A stretch of DNA of 17,604 nt from Deinococcaceae bacterium (GTDB lineage Bacteria; Deinococcota; Deinococci; Deinococcales; Trueperaceae), in the NCBI GenBank assembly GCA_040256005.1, contig JBDZWC010000058.1:1-17604 (forward strand), in the 5' to 3' direction. The translations under genes and the position numbers were made by a program. A model generated the notes under the pieces. It did not search any database and was not told the DNA's origin. It saw only the letters and a list, made by a program, of their open reading frames with translations. Positions 1-7,464 of the stretch are shown one piece after another. Numbering within the stretch: the stretch's first letter is position 1; each line of letters opens with the position of its first letter.

Positions 1-17
1 CCTAGCGGGAGGTACTG

Positions 18-980
18 ATGGCTCTTCCGTTATGGGCTTGGGTGGCGTTCGTGGGTGGCGTGCTCGTGATGCTGGCCCTCGACCTGGGCGTATTCCACCG
101 CAAAGCGCACGTGGTGAAGGTAAGGGAGGCGGCGTTCTGGACGGCCGTCTGGGTGACGCTGTCGCTGTCCTTCGGCTACGTCATATACAGATGGCTCGGG
201 CAGGACAAGGCCGTCGAGTACCTGACCGGCTACGTGCTCGAATGGTCCCTCGCCGTAGACAACATCTTCGTCTTCGTGCTGGTCTTCAACTACTTCAGGA
301 CGCCGTTCAAGTTCCAACAGCGGGTCCTCCTCTGGGGCGTGCTGGGCGCGCTGGTCATGCGCGGACTGATGATCGGCGTGGGCGTCACGCTGATCGAGCA
401 TTTCCACTGGATCCTCTACGTGTTCGGGGCGTTCCTGGTCTTCACCGGCCTGCGTATGCTGTTCGGCAAGAGCGATCACCTGGCCGACATGTCGGACAAC
501 CCTGCCATCAAGCTCGTCAGGCGGGTGTTCAAGGTCTCACCCGACTACGACGGCCAGAAGTTCTTCACCTTGAAGGACGGCGTGCGCATGGCCACACCCC
601 TGCTGCTCGTGCTGGTGGTCATCGAGTTCACAGACGTGATCTTCGCCGTCGATTCGATCCCCGCCATCTTCGCGGTCACGACCGACCCGTTCATCGTGTT
701 CACTTCGAACGTCATGGCGATCCTGGGGCTTCGGAGCATGTACTTCCTGCTGGCCCACGTCGTGCACCGCTTCGTCTACCTCCAGACGGGCCTCGCCGTG
801 ATCCTCACCTACATCGGCATCAAGATGCTGCTGCTCGACGTCTTCCCGATACCCACCCTGATCTCGCTGGGGGTCGTGATAGGCATCCTCGTCATCAGCG
901 TCGTCGCCTCGCTACTGTTCGGCAAGCCGGACGAGGCCATGCGGCGCTCCGCCGAGGAGCGGGAGGCTCCCGCCGGTTAG
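18..980 (+). CDS. terC: TerC/Alx family integral membrane protein (likely Mn2+/metal homeostasis)
   Basis: 320 aa multi-TM ORF with TerC motifs YLTGYVLEWSLAVDNIFVF, QQRVLLWGVLGALVMR, DVIFAVDSIPAIFAVT and FTSNVMAILGLRSMYF; GGGAGG RBS just upstream of the ATG. Confidence 0.93.
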   Translation: MALPLWAWVAFVGGVLVMLALDLGVFHRKAHVVKVREAAFWTAVWVTLSLSFGYVIYRWLGQDKAVEYLTGYVLEWSLAVDNIFVFVLVFNYFRTPFKFQQRVLLWGVLGALVMRGLMIGVGVTLIEHFHWILYVFGAFLVFTGLRMLFGKSDHLADMSDNPAIKLVRRVFKVSPDYDGQKFFTLKDGVRMATPLLLVLVVIEFTDVIFAVDSIPAIFAVTTDPFIVFTSNVMAILGLRSMYFLLAHVVHRFVYLQTGLAVILTYIGIKMLLLDVFPIPTLISLGVVIGILVISVVASLLFGKPDEAMRRSAEEREAPAG

Positions 981-999
981 GCCCTAGACTGCGGCGAGC

Positions 1000-2214
1000 G
1001 TGAGAAGGATCCTGCCGTGGGCCGGAGCCGTGGTCATAGTCCTGGCCGCGGCCTTCGGGTACGCGCACCTGAGGACCGACACGTACCTGGGGCGCTGGTT
1101 CTCTTGGCGCGCCTCCGATGTCGGGGACATGCTGCGCTTCCCTGGCCTCAGGGTCGTTGCCTCCAGCGAGCCGCGCACATTGCCCGATCGCGCGCCCATC
1201 ACACCGTTGACCGAGATGCAAGTGGAGGCATCGGTGGACGGCGCCTCGCGTCACCTGCGACTGCGGGACCTTCTCGCCACCACGCGATCGACCGCGTTCG
1301 TGGTTCTGGCTGGCGGCGCCGTGGCAGCCGAGTGGTACGCGGCGGGCGCAGCTCCTACGGTGCGCGCTCAACCGGTGACGTCGTTCTCTGTAGCGAAGTC
1401 GGTGACGGCGCTCCTCGTGGCCGCGGCTATCCAGGACGGGTCCCTGAGTTCCCTCGATGACCCGGTGACCCGCTACCTCCCCTATCTCGCCCATGCGGAC
1501 CCTGGTTACGAAGTCGTGACGTTACGCCACCTCCTGGACATGACCTCGGGCGTGCGGTTCCGCGACCATGACCTTCCCTGGGGCGACAAGGCTCGCGTGT
1601 ACTACGAACCGCACCTGCGCGAACTCGTCTCCCATCTACCGCTCACCTCGCGCCCGGGCTCCCAGTTCGCGTACAACTCCTACAACCCGGTGCTTCTGGG
1701 CCTCGTCCTAGAGGCGGCGACGGGCGAGAACGTGACCGACTACTTCCAGCGGAGCCTGTGGGAGGCCATAGGCGCCGAGTACGACGCGACCTGGAGCGTC
1801 TCCTCCACCGGCGAGACGTTGCCGAAGATGGAGAGCGGCCTCAACGCGAGCCCGCTCGACTTCGCCCGGCTGGGCCTACTGTTGCTGAACGATGGCGTCG
1901 CCTACGGACGACGGGTGCTGCCGGCGCGGTGGGTCGACGATGTGTTGACGCCGGACGCCAAGCGAGTCGTGGAACCCGAGGCCGACCTCCACTATCAGCA
2001 GGGTTGGTGGGTGTACGCGCCAGTGGGCGGTCGGCAGCATGCCGTAGCGGGTCAGGGGCACCTCGGCCAGTACGTGTTCGTGTACCCGGAACTGGATGTC
2101 GTGGTCGCTCGGTTCGGGTCGGCGATCGGAGGCGTAGGTTCTTGGCGCGCCGTCTTCGACCAGGTCGCTTGCGAGGCAGCCACGCTAGCTAGCCTTGCGC
2201 CCGCCTGCGGCTGA
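1000..2214 (+). CDS. Serine hydrolase of the beta-lactamase class C / NylB-like family with an N-terminal membrane anchor or signal
   Basis: SxxK motif (FSVAKS), LDDPVTRYLP, TLRHLLDMTSG, PGSQFAYNS (YxS), DFARLGLLLLNDG, GHLGQY; hydrophobic N-terminus; GTG start. Confidence 0.88.
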   Translation: MRRILPWAGAVVIVLAAAFGYAHLRTDTYLGRWFSWRASDVGDMLRFPGLRVVASSEPRTLPDRAPITPLTEMQVEASVDGASRHLRLRDLLATTRSTAFVVLAGGAVAAEWYAAGAAPTVRAQPVTSFSVAKSVTALLVAAAIQDGSLSSLDDPVTRYLPYLAHADPGYEVVTLRHLLDMTSGVRFRDHDLPWGDKARVYYEPHLRELVSHLPLTSRPGSQFAYNSYNPVLLGLVLEAATGENVTDYFQRSLWEAIGAEYDATWSVSSTGETLPKMESGLNASPLDFARLGLLLLNDGVAYGRRVLPARWVDDVLTPDAKRVVEPEADLHYQQGWWVYAPVGGRQHAVAGQGHLGQYVFVYPELDVVVARFGSAIGGVGSWRAVFDQVACEAATLASLAPACG

Positions 2215-2226
2215 CCGCCGCCGCGG

Positions 2227-2715
2227 CTAGCCGCTGGTCTCCGACTTGGCGCGCAACGCCGTGAGGAACTGCCTGACCGCGCCCAGGTGGTAAGCGGAGT
2301 GCGTGATCGTGGCCGTCGCGACGTCCACCTGATTTTCACCCCACTGGCTGGCACCCTCCAGCAGCCGGAGGGTCTCCTCGTAGGTGGCTCTCAGCCGCCG
2401 GCGCAGGTCATCCCAGGCCGCGTCGTCGACGGCCTTCAGGCGCCAGCTGGAGTCCCAATCGATCCTCGTCTGCGGTTCACCCCTGAGCTCGCGAAGGTTG
2501 GCCTGGATGTAGAAGTCCGTGTGGAACGTGTGCGCGGCGATGGTCGAGCCGCCGGGTACGAGCGCGAAAGACGCCTCTGCGGCGGACAGAGCGTCTAGCG
2601 TGGGGAACCAGCCGGTCTGCTTGTCCAGGTAGTAGTTGCCACCCTTGTCGCGGCTCTCGAACGTCTCCTCGAGCAGGATGAACGCCAGCTCCTTGAAGTG
2701 GTCCGTCTTCGTCAC
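2227..2715 (-). CDS. DinB/YfiT-like four-helix-bundle protein
   Basis: TIAAHTFH and HSAYHLGAVRQ give the DinB-type His pattern; GAGGAGG RBS before the GTG; lies 10 nt downstream of the YdeI gene stop. Confidence 0.8.
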   Translation of the reverse strand: MTKTDHFKELAFILLEETFESRDKGGNYYLDKQTGWFPTLDALSAAEASFALVPGGSTIAAHTFHTDFYIQANLRELRGEPQTRIDWDSSWRLKAVDDAAWDDLRRRLRATYEETLRLLEGASQWGENQVDVATATITHSAYHLGAVRQFLTALRAKSETSG

Positions 2716-2725
2716 AGGATCCTCC

Positions 2726-3325
2726 TCACAGACCGCGCTGAGGGTAGAACGCCTCGCCGCGCTTGAGCATGTCGACGAGCGCCTGGATCTTCCTCTCGCG
2801 GGCGGCTTCCGTCTTGAGGCTGTTGACGCGGTAGACGAGCGCGAACCGGTTCTGGGCGGTGAGCTTGTCCAACGTCGCCTTGGCGGCGGGCTCCGCCTCG
2901 ATGGCTGCGGCCAGGTCGGCCGGTAGTTCGGCGTCCTTCTGCCCCGTGTACGCGCGCTCCCAACGGCCGTCGGCCTTGGCCGCTCGCACGTGCCGGAGGC
3001 CGTGCTCCGTCATGCGGCCCTCGGCGATCAAGCGCTCGACGTTGTCCACGTTCACCTGGCTCCAGACGCTCTTGGGCCGTCTGGGCGTGTACCGCTGGAG
3101 GAAGCTCTTGTCGTCGTAGCCCTTGCGGATGCCATCTATCCAACCCCAGCACAAGCAGACATCGATGGCCTCCTTGGCGGTGATGGTAGGCAGCCCCGAC
3201 CCCACCTTGTGGATCTTGATCCAGAGTTCGTCCGCTTGTTCGTGGTGCTCTCGCAGCCACTCGTAGAACGCGTCCGCGTTCTCGAACTCCCTGACCTTGT
3301 CCGGGTTGACCTCGACCTTCGCCAC
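2726..3325 (-). CDS. YdeI/OmpD-associated (bacteriocin-protection) family protein
   Basis: Family motifs FYEWL, LCWGWIDG, RYTPRRPKSVWSQVN, LIAEGRMTEHGL, AAKADGRW and LPADLAAAI. Start moved from 3388 to GTG 3325, where family similarity begins and an extended -10 lies 6 nt upstream. Confidence 0.88.
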   Translation of the reverse strand: MAKVEVNPDKVREFENADAFYEWLREHHEQADELWIKIHKVGSGLPTITAKEAIDVCLCWGWIDGIRKGYDDKSFLQRYTPRRPKSVWSQVNVDNVERLIAEGRMTEHGLRHVRAAKADGRWERAYTGQKDAELPADLAAAIEAEPAAKATLDKLTAQNRFALVYRVNSLKTEAARERKIQALVDMLKRGEAFYPQRGL

Positions 3326-3412
3326 CCGCCCATGGTGGCACGTGAGGAGAGACGCTCCAAGGATGCGCTGGCTGCGAGACGACCTCACAGCGCTGACCGG
3401 GGCGACCAGGGC

Positions 3413-3913
3413 TCAATCGCCTTCCAGGTCCACCGTCTCGTTGTCTCCCAGAGCCCCATGGTCCTTGGTGACGGCTGCCTTGGCCATGTCGAACAGCTGT
3501 CTCACCTTGCCGGACGGCCCGTCCCAGTACTCGGCGCTCTGAGGCTCGACCTGGAGGAGGACCAGGTCAGGGTCCTCAGGGCCCTCGGGGAAGAAGGCCT
3601 CGTTCATGGGGTTCCAGAGCTCGCGCTCGAGGAACGGATCGTCAACGATCCTGGCGCGGCCGGCGACCGAGACGAACACGTTCTTGCCGGGGTCCGCGTA
3701 GCTGACGTTGACACGCTCGTGACCGTCCACCTGCCTGGCCTTGGACGAGGAGCGCGCGGTGAAGAACCACAACCCGTCGTCGCGGCTTTCTCGCTGGGTG
3801 TACATGGGTCGGCTGTAGAGCCTGCCGTCGTCCCCGGTCGTGGTGAGCATCGCGATCTTGATGTCCTTGATCTTGTCCCAGAGCTCGGTTCTGGCTTCCG
3901 TCGGCGTGGCCAC
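3413..3913 (-). CDS. Pyridoxamine 5'-phosphate oxidase-like / general stress protein 26 family (flavin-binding split barrel)
   Basis: LWDKIKDIKIAMLTT, LYSRPM, LWFFT, VNVSYAD, ELWNP, FPEGPEDPDL and AEYWD motifs; start moved to GTG 3913, which follows a GAGGAGG RBS. Confidence 0.88.
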   Translation of the reverse strand: MATPTEARTELWDKIKDIKIAMLTTTGDDGRLYSRPMYTQRESRDDGLWFFTARSSSKARQVDGHERVNVSYADPGKNVFVSVAGRARIVDDPFLERELWNPMNEAFFPEGPEDPDLVLLQVEPQSAEYWDGPSGKVRQLFDMAKAAVTKDHGALGDNETVDLEGD

Positions 3914-4016
3914 CGCGGGCCTCCTCTCGACGAGGCAGCCCCGCCCCGTCCCCTCAGGGATAGCGCCCGCCGGTGAAAGCGCCTGCGGTCGTTCGTGAGT
4001 CGCGAAGGACCAAGGC

Positions 4017-4673
4017 TCACTCCGCACCGTCAGATCGCACCGCCAGCAGCAGCGCCACGTCTGGTCTCACAAGCAGTTCAGTCGACCGGAAACGGCCGCT
4101 CCTGAACGCCAATTCGCGCTTCGGGTCAGGCTTGCCCCACCAGCTCTCGGGCCAGAGCCGTTCCGGGGTGAGATCGTCCAGAACCAAGATCCCGCCGGGC
4201 ACGACCAGGCTCGCGATCAGGGGCCAATTCGTCGGACTCAGCGCTTCCGACCCACCCCCATCCAAGAAGAGAACGTCGAACGGTCCTCGGGGCGACAGGG
4301 CGTTCAGCCAGTCGCCCTGAACAACCTCGACGTCGTCCCTTTCGGAGTAGAGCCTCTCTGCCGCCGTCGCCAGCTCCGGGTCTATCTCGACGGTGACCAG
4401 CGTCGCTCCCGAACGCAGACCGCTTGCCATCCAGGCGGTGCCCACGCCTGCCCCGGTCCCGGCCTCGCCCATGCGCCCGCCCTGACGAGTCGCTGCCAAT
4501 ACCATCAGGAGGCTACCCACCTCATCGAGGCAGGCCGAAGGGCCAGGGGCGTGGTTCCCCGCGACATTTCCATGTGGCCTGAGATCGAACCCCAGCGTGG
4601 CGGCCAACCTCTTGGCGGCCGTCACTAGCTGTGGAATCTCCGGCTCGTATCGGATACGCATGCCTCCATGCAT
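4017..4673 (-). CDS. Class I SAM-dependent O-methyltransferase (YrrM/COMT-like)
   Basis: SAM motif EAGTGAGVGTAW, LVTVEID, GPFDVLFLDGG, LVVPGGILVLDD. Start uncertain (ATG 4673 or 4661); the ORF-track start at 4829 overlaps the arsR promoter and gene. Confidence 0.82.
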   Translation of the reverse strand: MHGGMRIRYEPEIPQLVTAAKRLAATLGFDLRPHGNVAGNHAPGPSACLDEVGSLLMVLAATRQGGRMGEAGTGAGVGTAWMASGLRSGATLVTVEIDPELATAAERLYSERDDVEVVQGDWLNALSPRGPFDVLFLDGGGSEALSPTNWPLIASLVVPGGILVLDDLTPERLWPESWWGKPDPKRELAFRSGRFRSTELLVRPDVALLLAVRSDGAE

Positions 4674-4715
4674 AGCGCGGGAACCATCATGCCTACCGGA
4701 AAAAACTAGCATGCC

Positions 4716-4745
4716 TTGACAGGAATATTCCTGTCTGAGTATATT
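4716..4745 (+). promoter_or_regulatory. sigma70-type promoter of the arsR-SRPBCC operon containing a perfect 18-bp palindromic operator
   Basis: TTGACA (4716-4721), 18-bp spacer, TATATT (4740-4745); palindrome GACAGGAATATTCCTGTC at 4718-4735. Confidence 0.78.
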
Positions 4746-4796
4746 CGACAGAGGGCACCGCCCGAGACCGTAGGAAAGGAGAACCAAGGCGACCTG

Positions 4797-5162
4797 GTGA
4801 CCGACCACCGAACCCTCGCGACCCTGCAAGCGCTGGCCGAACCCAACCGGCTGAGGATCGTCGAGCTACTGCGCGCCGGACCGCTCACGGTCGGCGAGAT
4901 CGCCCAGAGGCTCGACCTGAGGCAGCCGCAGGCCTCTAAACACCTGAAGGTGCTTACCGACAGCGGCATCCTCGAGGTCCGCCCCGAGGCCAACCGAAGG
5001 ATCTACGGGCTGAAGCGCGACAGGTTCCAGACGCTGGATGACTGGGCGAGTTCGTTCACGAGGTCTATGGAAGAACGCTACGAGAAGCTGGAGAGCTACC
5101 TGGACAGGCTCACAGCGAATGAGAAGCCCGACGAAGCGAAGGGCAACGAGGAGGAAGGTTGA
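4797..5162 (+). CDS. ArsR/SmtB family transcriptional regulator (type associated with SRPBCC genes)
   Basis: LQALAEPNRLRIVELL, LTVGEIA, QPQASKHLKVL and RRIYGL winged-helix signature; GTG 4797 chosen because the track's TTG 4716 is the -35 box. Confidence 0.9.
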   Translation: MTDHRTLATLQALAEPNRLRIVELLRAGPLTVGEIAQRLDLRQPQASKHLKVLTDSGILEVRPEANRRIYGLKRDRFQTLDDWASSFTRSMEERYEKLESYLDRLTANEKPDEAKGNEEEG

Positions 5163-5163
5163 G

Positions 5164-5679
5164 ATGGCAGAGGGCAAGATGATCCACCGCAAGGAAGGCG
5201 ACAACGTGCTGGTGCTCGAGCGCGAGTTCAACGCGCCGCGCGACCTGGTCTTCGAGATGTTCGCGGACTGCAAGCACCTCAAGCACTGGTGGGGCCCGCG
5301 TGGCTGGGAGCTCCCCGTGTGTGAGATGGACTTCCGGCCCGGCGGCACCTGGCTGTACTGCATGAAGTGCGTCGACGAGAAGCAGGGCGAGTTCTTCGGC
5401 ATGGAGTCGTGGGGCAAGCAGCAGATCCACACGATCGATCGGCCGAACAAAGTCACGTACACGGACTACTTCGCCGATTCGCAGGGGAACGTGAACGACC
5501 AGCTTCCCGCCACGGACGGCGAGCTGGAGTTCATCGACCTGGGCGGTAGGACGAAGGTCGTGAGCCGCGCCACCTACTCGAGCCCCGAGGCGCTACAGAC
5601 CGTGCTGGACATGGGCATGCTCCAGGGCATCACGGAGACCTGGGACCGCCTGGAGGAGCGACTGGCAGACGTAGTCTGA
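5164..5679 (+). CDS. SRPBCC/AHSA1 (START-like) ligand-binding domain protein
   Basis: LVLEREFNAPRDLVF, HWWGPRGW, MDFRPGGTWLYCM and GMLQGITETWDRLEE; ATG 5164 lies 1 nt after the arsR stop with a GAGGAGG RBS. Confidence 0.9.
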   Translation: MAEGKMIHRKEGDNVLVLEREFNAPRDLVFEMFADCKHLKHWWGPRGWELPVCEMDFRPGGTWLYCMKCVDEKQGEFFGMESWGKQQIHTIDRPNKVTYTDYFADSQGNVNDQLPATDGELEFIDLGGRTKVVSRATYSSPEALQTVLDMGMLQGITETWDRLEERLADVV

Positions 5680-5700
5680 CCAGTGTTGGCGCGAGAGCTG

Positions 5701-5745
5701 AGCTCCCTCCTCGGGACCCCGTGATGACGGGTCGAGGAGGGAGCT
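5701..5745. terminator. Long stem-loop between convergent genes, probably a bidirectional terminator
   Basis: AGCTCCCTCCTCG (5701-5713) pairs perfectly with CGAGGAGGGAGCT (5733-5745), plus an inner CCCGT/ACGGG stem; no clear U-tract. Confidence 0.62.
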
Positions 5746-5792
5746 TCGATGCCTACAGCGAAGCTGGACCCTCGCTAAGCCGCGTGCTACCG

Positions 5793-6239
5793 CTAGGTGG
5801 GCGGCCAGGCGCCGAGCATCTGCCTTAGCGCGACGATCTTCCCGAGGTGGTAGGCGTCGTGGACCGCGAGGCTCGCCAACACATCGGCTACGCGCCAACC
5901 AGGGTCGAGCTCCTCGCCCGAACCCCCTAGCGAGTCGCCCCATGCGGCGGCTCGGTCGGCGCCCCGCAGGTACTTGGCGACCAGCTCGTGCCACTGGTCC
6001 AGCCTCTTCGGGTCCTCGGCCGGGAACGGGTCGCCACCTTCACCCCACATCCCTCCGGCTTCATCGTCACGCTCTAGGACGATCCGCTGCCATTCGGCTG
6101 CGTGCCACAACTCGTCGTAGATCGAGTGCCGCACGCCCCCCGGCCGCGCCACGACGTGCTCCAGGCCGAGGCCGCTCAGAAGCCTCTCCCGCGGCATGAA
6201 CTCGCCTTCCACGAAGATGTGCCGCCAGACCTGCGCCAT
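5793..6239 (-). CDS. DinB family protein
   Basis: HSIYDELWHAAEWQ and LAVHDAYHLGKIVALRQMLGAW motifs; starts 5 nt after the DHFR-like gene stop. Confidence 0.85.
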   Translation of the reverse strand: MAQVWRHIFVEGEFMPRERLLSGLGLEHVVARPGGVRHSIYDELWHAAEWQRIVLERDDEAGGMWGEGGDPFPAEDPKRLDQWHELVAKYLRGADRAAAWGDSLGGSGEELDPGWRVADVLASLAVHDAYHLGKIVALRQMLGAWPPT

Positions 6240-6244
6240 GTCCG

Positions 6245-6808
6245 CTACCCGGCTGACGCCGGGCGGTACGACAGCACTACGACGCCGCTGTCCAGTGGCC
6301 GTGAGCCCGTGAGTTCCAGCTCCACACGCTCGACGAACAGTGGTCTCCCTCGCCCTATCGCCGTCGGGTGCACCATGAGGTGGTACTGGTCTATGAGCCT
6401 CAGCGCGGTCAGTTGCTGCACTACGCTGATGCTGCCGTCGAGCCGGACGCCCCGCTCAGACTCCTGCTTGATCCGCTCCACATCCGCAGGCACGATGTCG
6501 CGGTACACCTCGGTTCCTTCCCATTCCGGCTCCCCGAGCGTGGTCGAGTAGACGACCTTCCTCATGGCGTTGAAGCGTTTGCCGATCGTCCTCTCGACCT
6601 CGGAAGCGTTGGGATCGTCCGCGAGGGCCCTGAACCCCATGAAGCTCTGGTAGCTCTTCCTGCCCAGCATCAACGTGTCCGCCCAGTCCAGCGACGCGAC
6701 CATGTACTCGGCGCGGTCGTCGCCCATCACGATCCAGTCGAGACTGCCGTCTTCGCCTGCGACGTAAGCGTCGAGGGTGGTCGCGAGGATCACGTGTAGC
6801 TCGGCCAT
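6245..6808 (-). CDS. Dihydrofolate reductase-like (RibD C-terminal domain) protein
   Basis: TTLDAYVAGEDGSLDW, LMLGRKSY, RKVVYSTTL, LIDQYHLMVHPTAIGRGRPLF and GVVVLSY motifs. Confidence 0.88.
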   Translation of the reverse strand: MAELHVILATTLDAYVAGEDGSLDWIVMGDDRAEYMVASLDWADTLMLGRKSYQSFMGFRALADDPNASEVERTIGKRFNAMRKVVYSTTLGEPEWEGTEVYRDIVPADVERIKQESERGVRLDGSISVVQQLTALRLIDQYHLMVHPTAIGRGRPLFVERVELELTGSRPLDSGVVVLSYRPASAG

Positions 6809-6839
6809 GCGCCAGTGTGCCTGTTCCGGACGAGGTTGG

Positions 6840-7322
6840 CTAGTCGACCGCAGCCAGCCGCCTGCGCAGGGCCGCTGTCACCGCTGCTAGCTGAGCGAGC
6901 TGCTCGGCCGATAGGGCGGAGACGAATAGCGTCCGAACGGCCTCCAGGTGAGGTACCGAGGCGCTGCGGAAGGCCCCCGAACCCGCCTCTGTCGCGACGA
7001 CCTCCGAACCCCTGCTGTCGTCGGGACAATCCTCGCGCCGCACCAGGCCACGTCTCTCCATCCTGCCCAGGTGGTGGGACAGACGGCTGCGCTCCCAGCC
7101 GACGCGGTCAGCCAGCTCGGAGGACCTGAGGCGACCGCGGCTTGCCTCGCTCAGAGCCAAGAGGACCTGATAGTCGCCGAGTGAGAGGGACGACTCGCTG
7201 AGCATGCGGCTCGCCAGGCGCGACCGCAGTTCCTCGGCGGTCTCGATGTAGCTACGCCACACGGCCAGCTGCGCCTTCGTCGGCAACCGTCGTCCTCTGC
7301 GTTCGCTCTCTCCTACGGCCAC
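6840..7322 (-). CDS. MarR family winged-helix transcriptional regulator
   Basis: LSLGDYQVLLALSEA, LRSSELADRVGWERSRLSHHLGRMERRGLVRRE and DSRGSEVVATEAG. Start is probably GTG 7322 (GGAAGGA RBS) or ATG 7346; the track's start at 7574 runs into the divergent gene. Confidence 0.9.
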   Translation of the reverse strand: MAVGESERRGRRLPTKAQLAVWRSYIETAEELRSRLASRMLSESSLSLGDYQVLLALSEASRGRLRSSELADRVGWERSRLSHHLGRMERRGLVRREDCPDDSRGSEVVATEAGSGAFRSASVPHLEAVRTLFVSALSAEQLAQLAAVTAALRRRLAAVD

Positions 7323-7338
7323 TGGTGGCTTCCTTCCG

Positions 7339-7380
7339 ATTGACATGTCAAGTATATTCGCGCATAATTGACGTGTCAAT
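7339..7380. promoter_or_regulatory. Overlapping divergent promoters with two palindromic MarR operator candidates
   Basis: + strand TTGACA(7340-7345)-N17-CATAAT(7363-7368); - strand TTGACA(7379-7374)-N17-TATACT(7356-7351); palindromes ATTGACATGTCAAG (7339-7352) and ATTGACGTGTCAAT (7367-7380). Confidence 0.85.
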
Positions 7381-7464
7381 GATGGCCGCGGCCGGCCCGT
7401 TGATGGACGGGTTCGTCGGCCGCGACTTGCCCCATCCGACCCGGTGACCAGAGGGAGTCGCAAC

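Noticed and set aside
32..1003. 323-aa alternative-frame ORF over terC (likewise 15534-16508 over the ANKH-like gene)
   Set aside because: Arg/Gly/Pro-rich shadow frames typical of high-GC coding DNA, with no recognisable motifs.
1000..2214. Calling the serine hydrolase or the MBL-fold protein a true beta-lactam resistance gene
   Set aside because: The motifs show fold membership only; the serine enzyme lacks the KTG triad, and the MBL resembles the non-lactamase UlaG-like group.
2990..3976. Long antisense ORFs (2990-3976, 9139-10242, 4866-5462 and others)
   Set aside because: They lie opposite well-supported genes and are expected from stop-codon scarcity at high GC.
4659..4716. Three CATGCCT heptamers (4659, 4688, 4710)
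   Set aside because: Short, irregularly spaced (29 and 22 bp) and possibly partly within coding sequence; too weak to call a binding site.
6240..6247. Stop-codon readthrough fusing the DHFR-like and DinB proteins
   Set aside because: The 5-nt gap puts the two ORFs in different frames, and both look complete.
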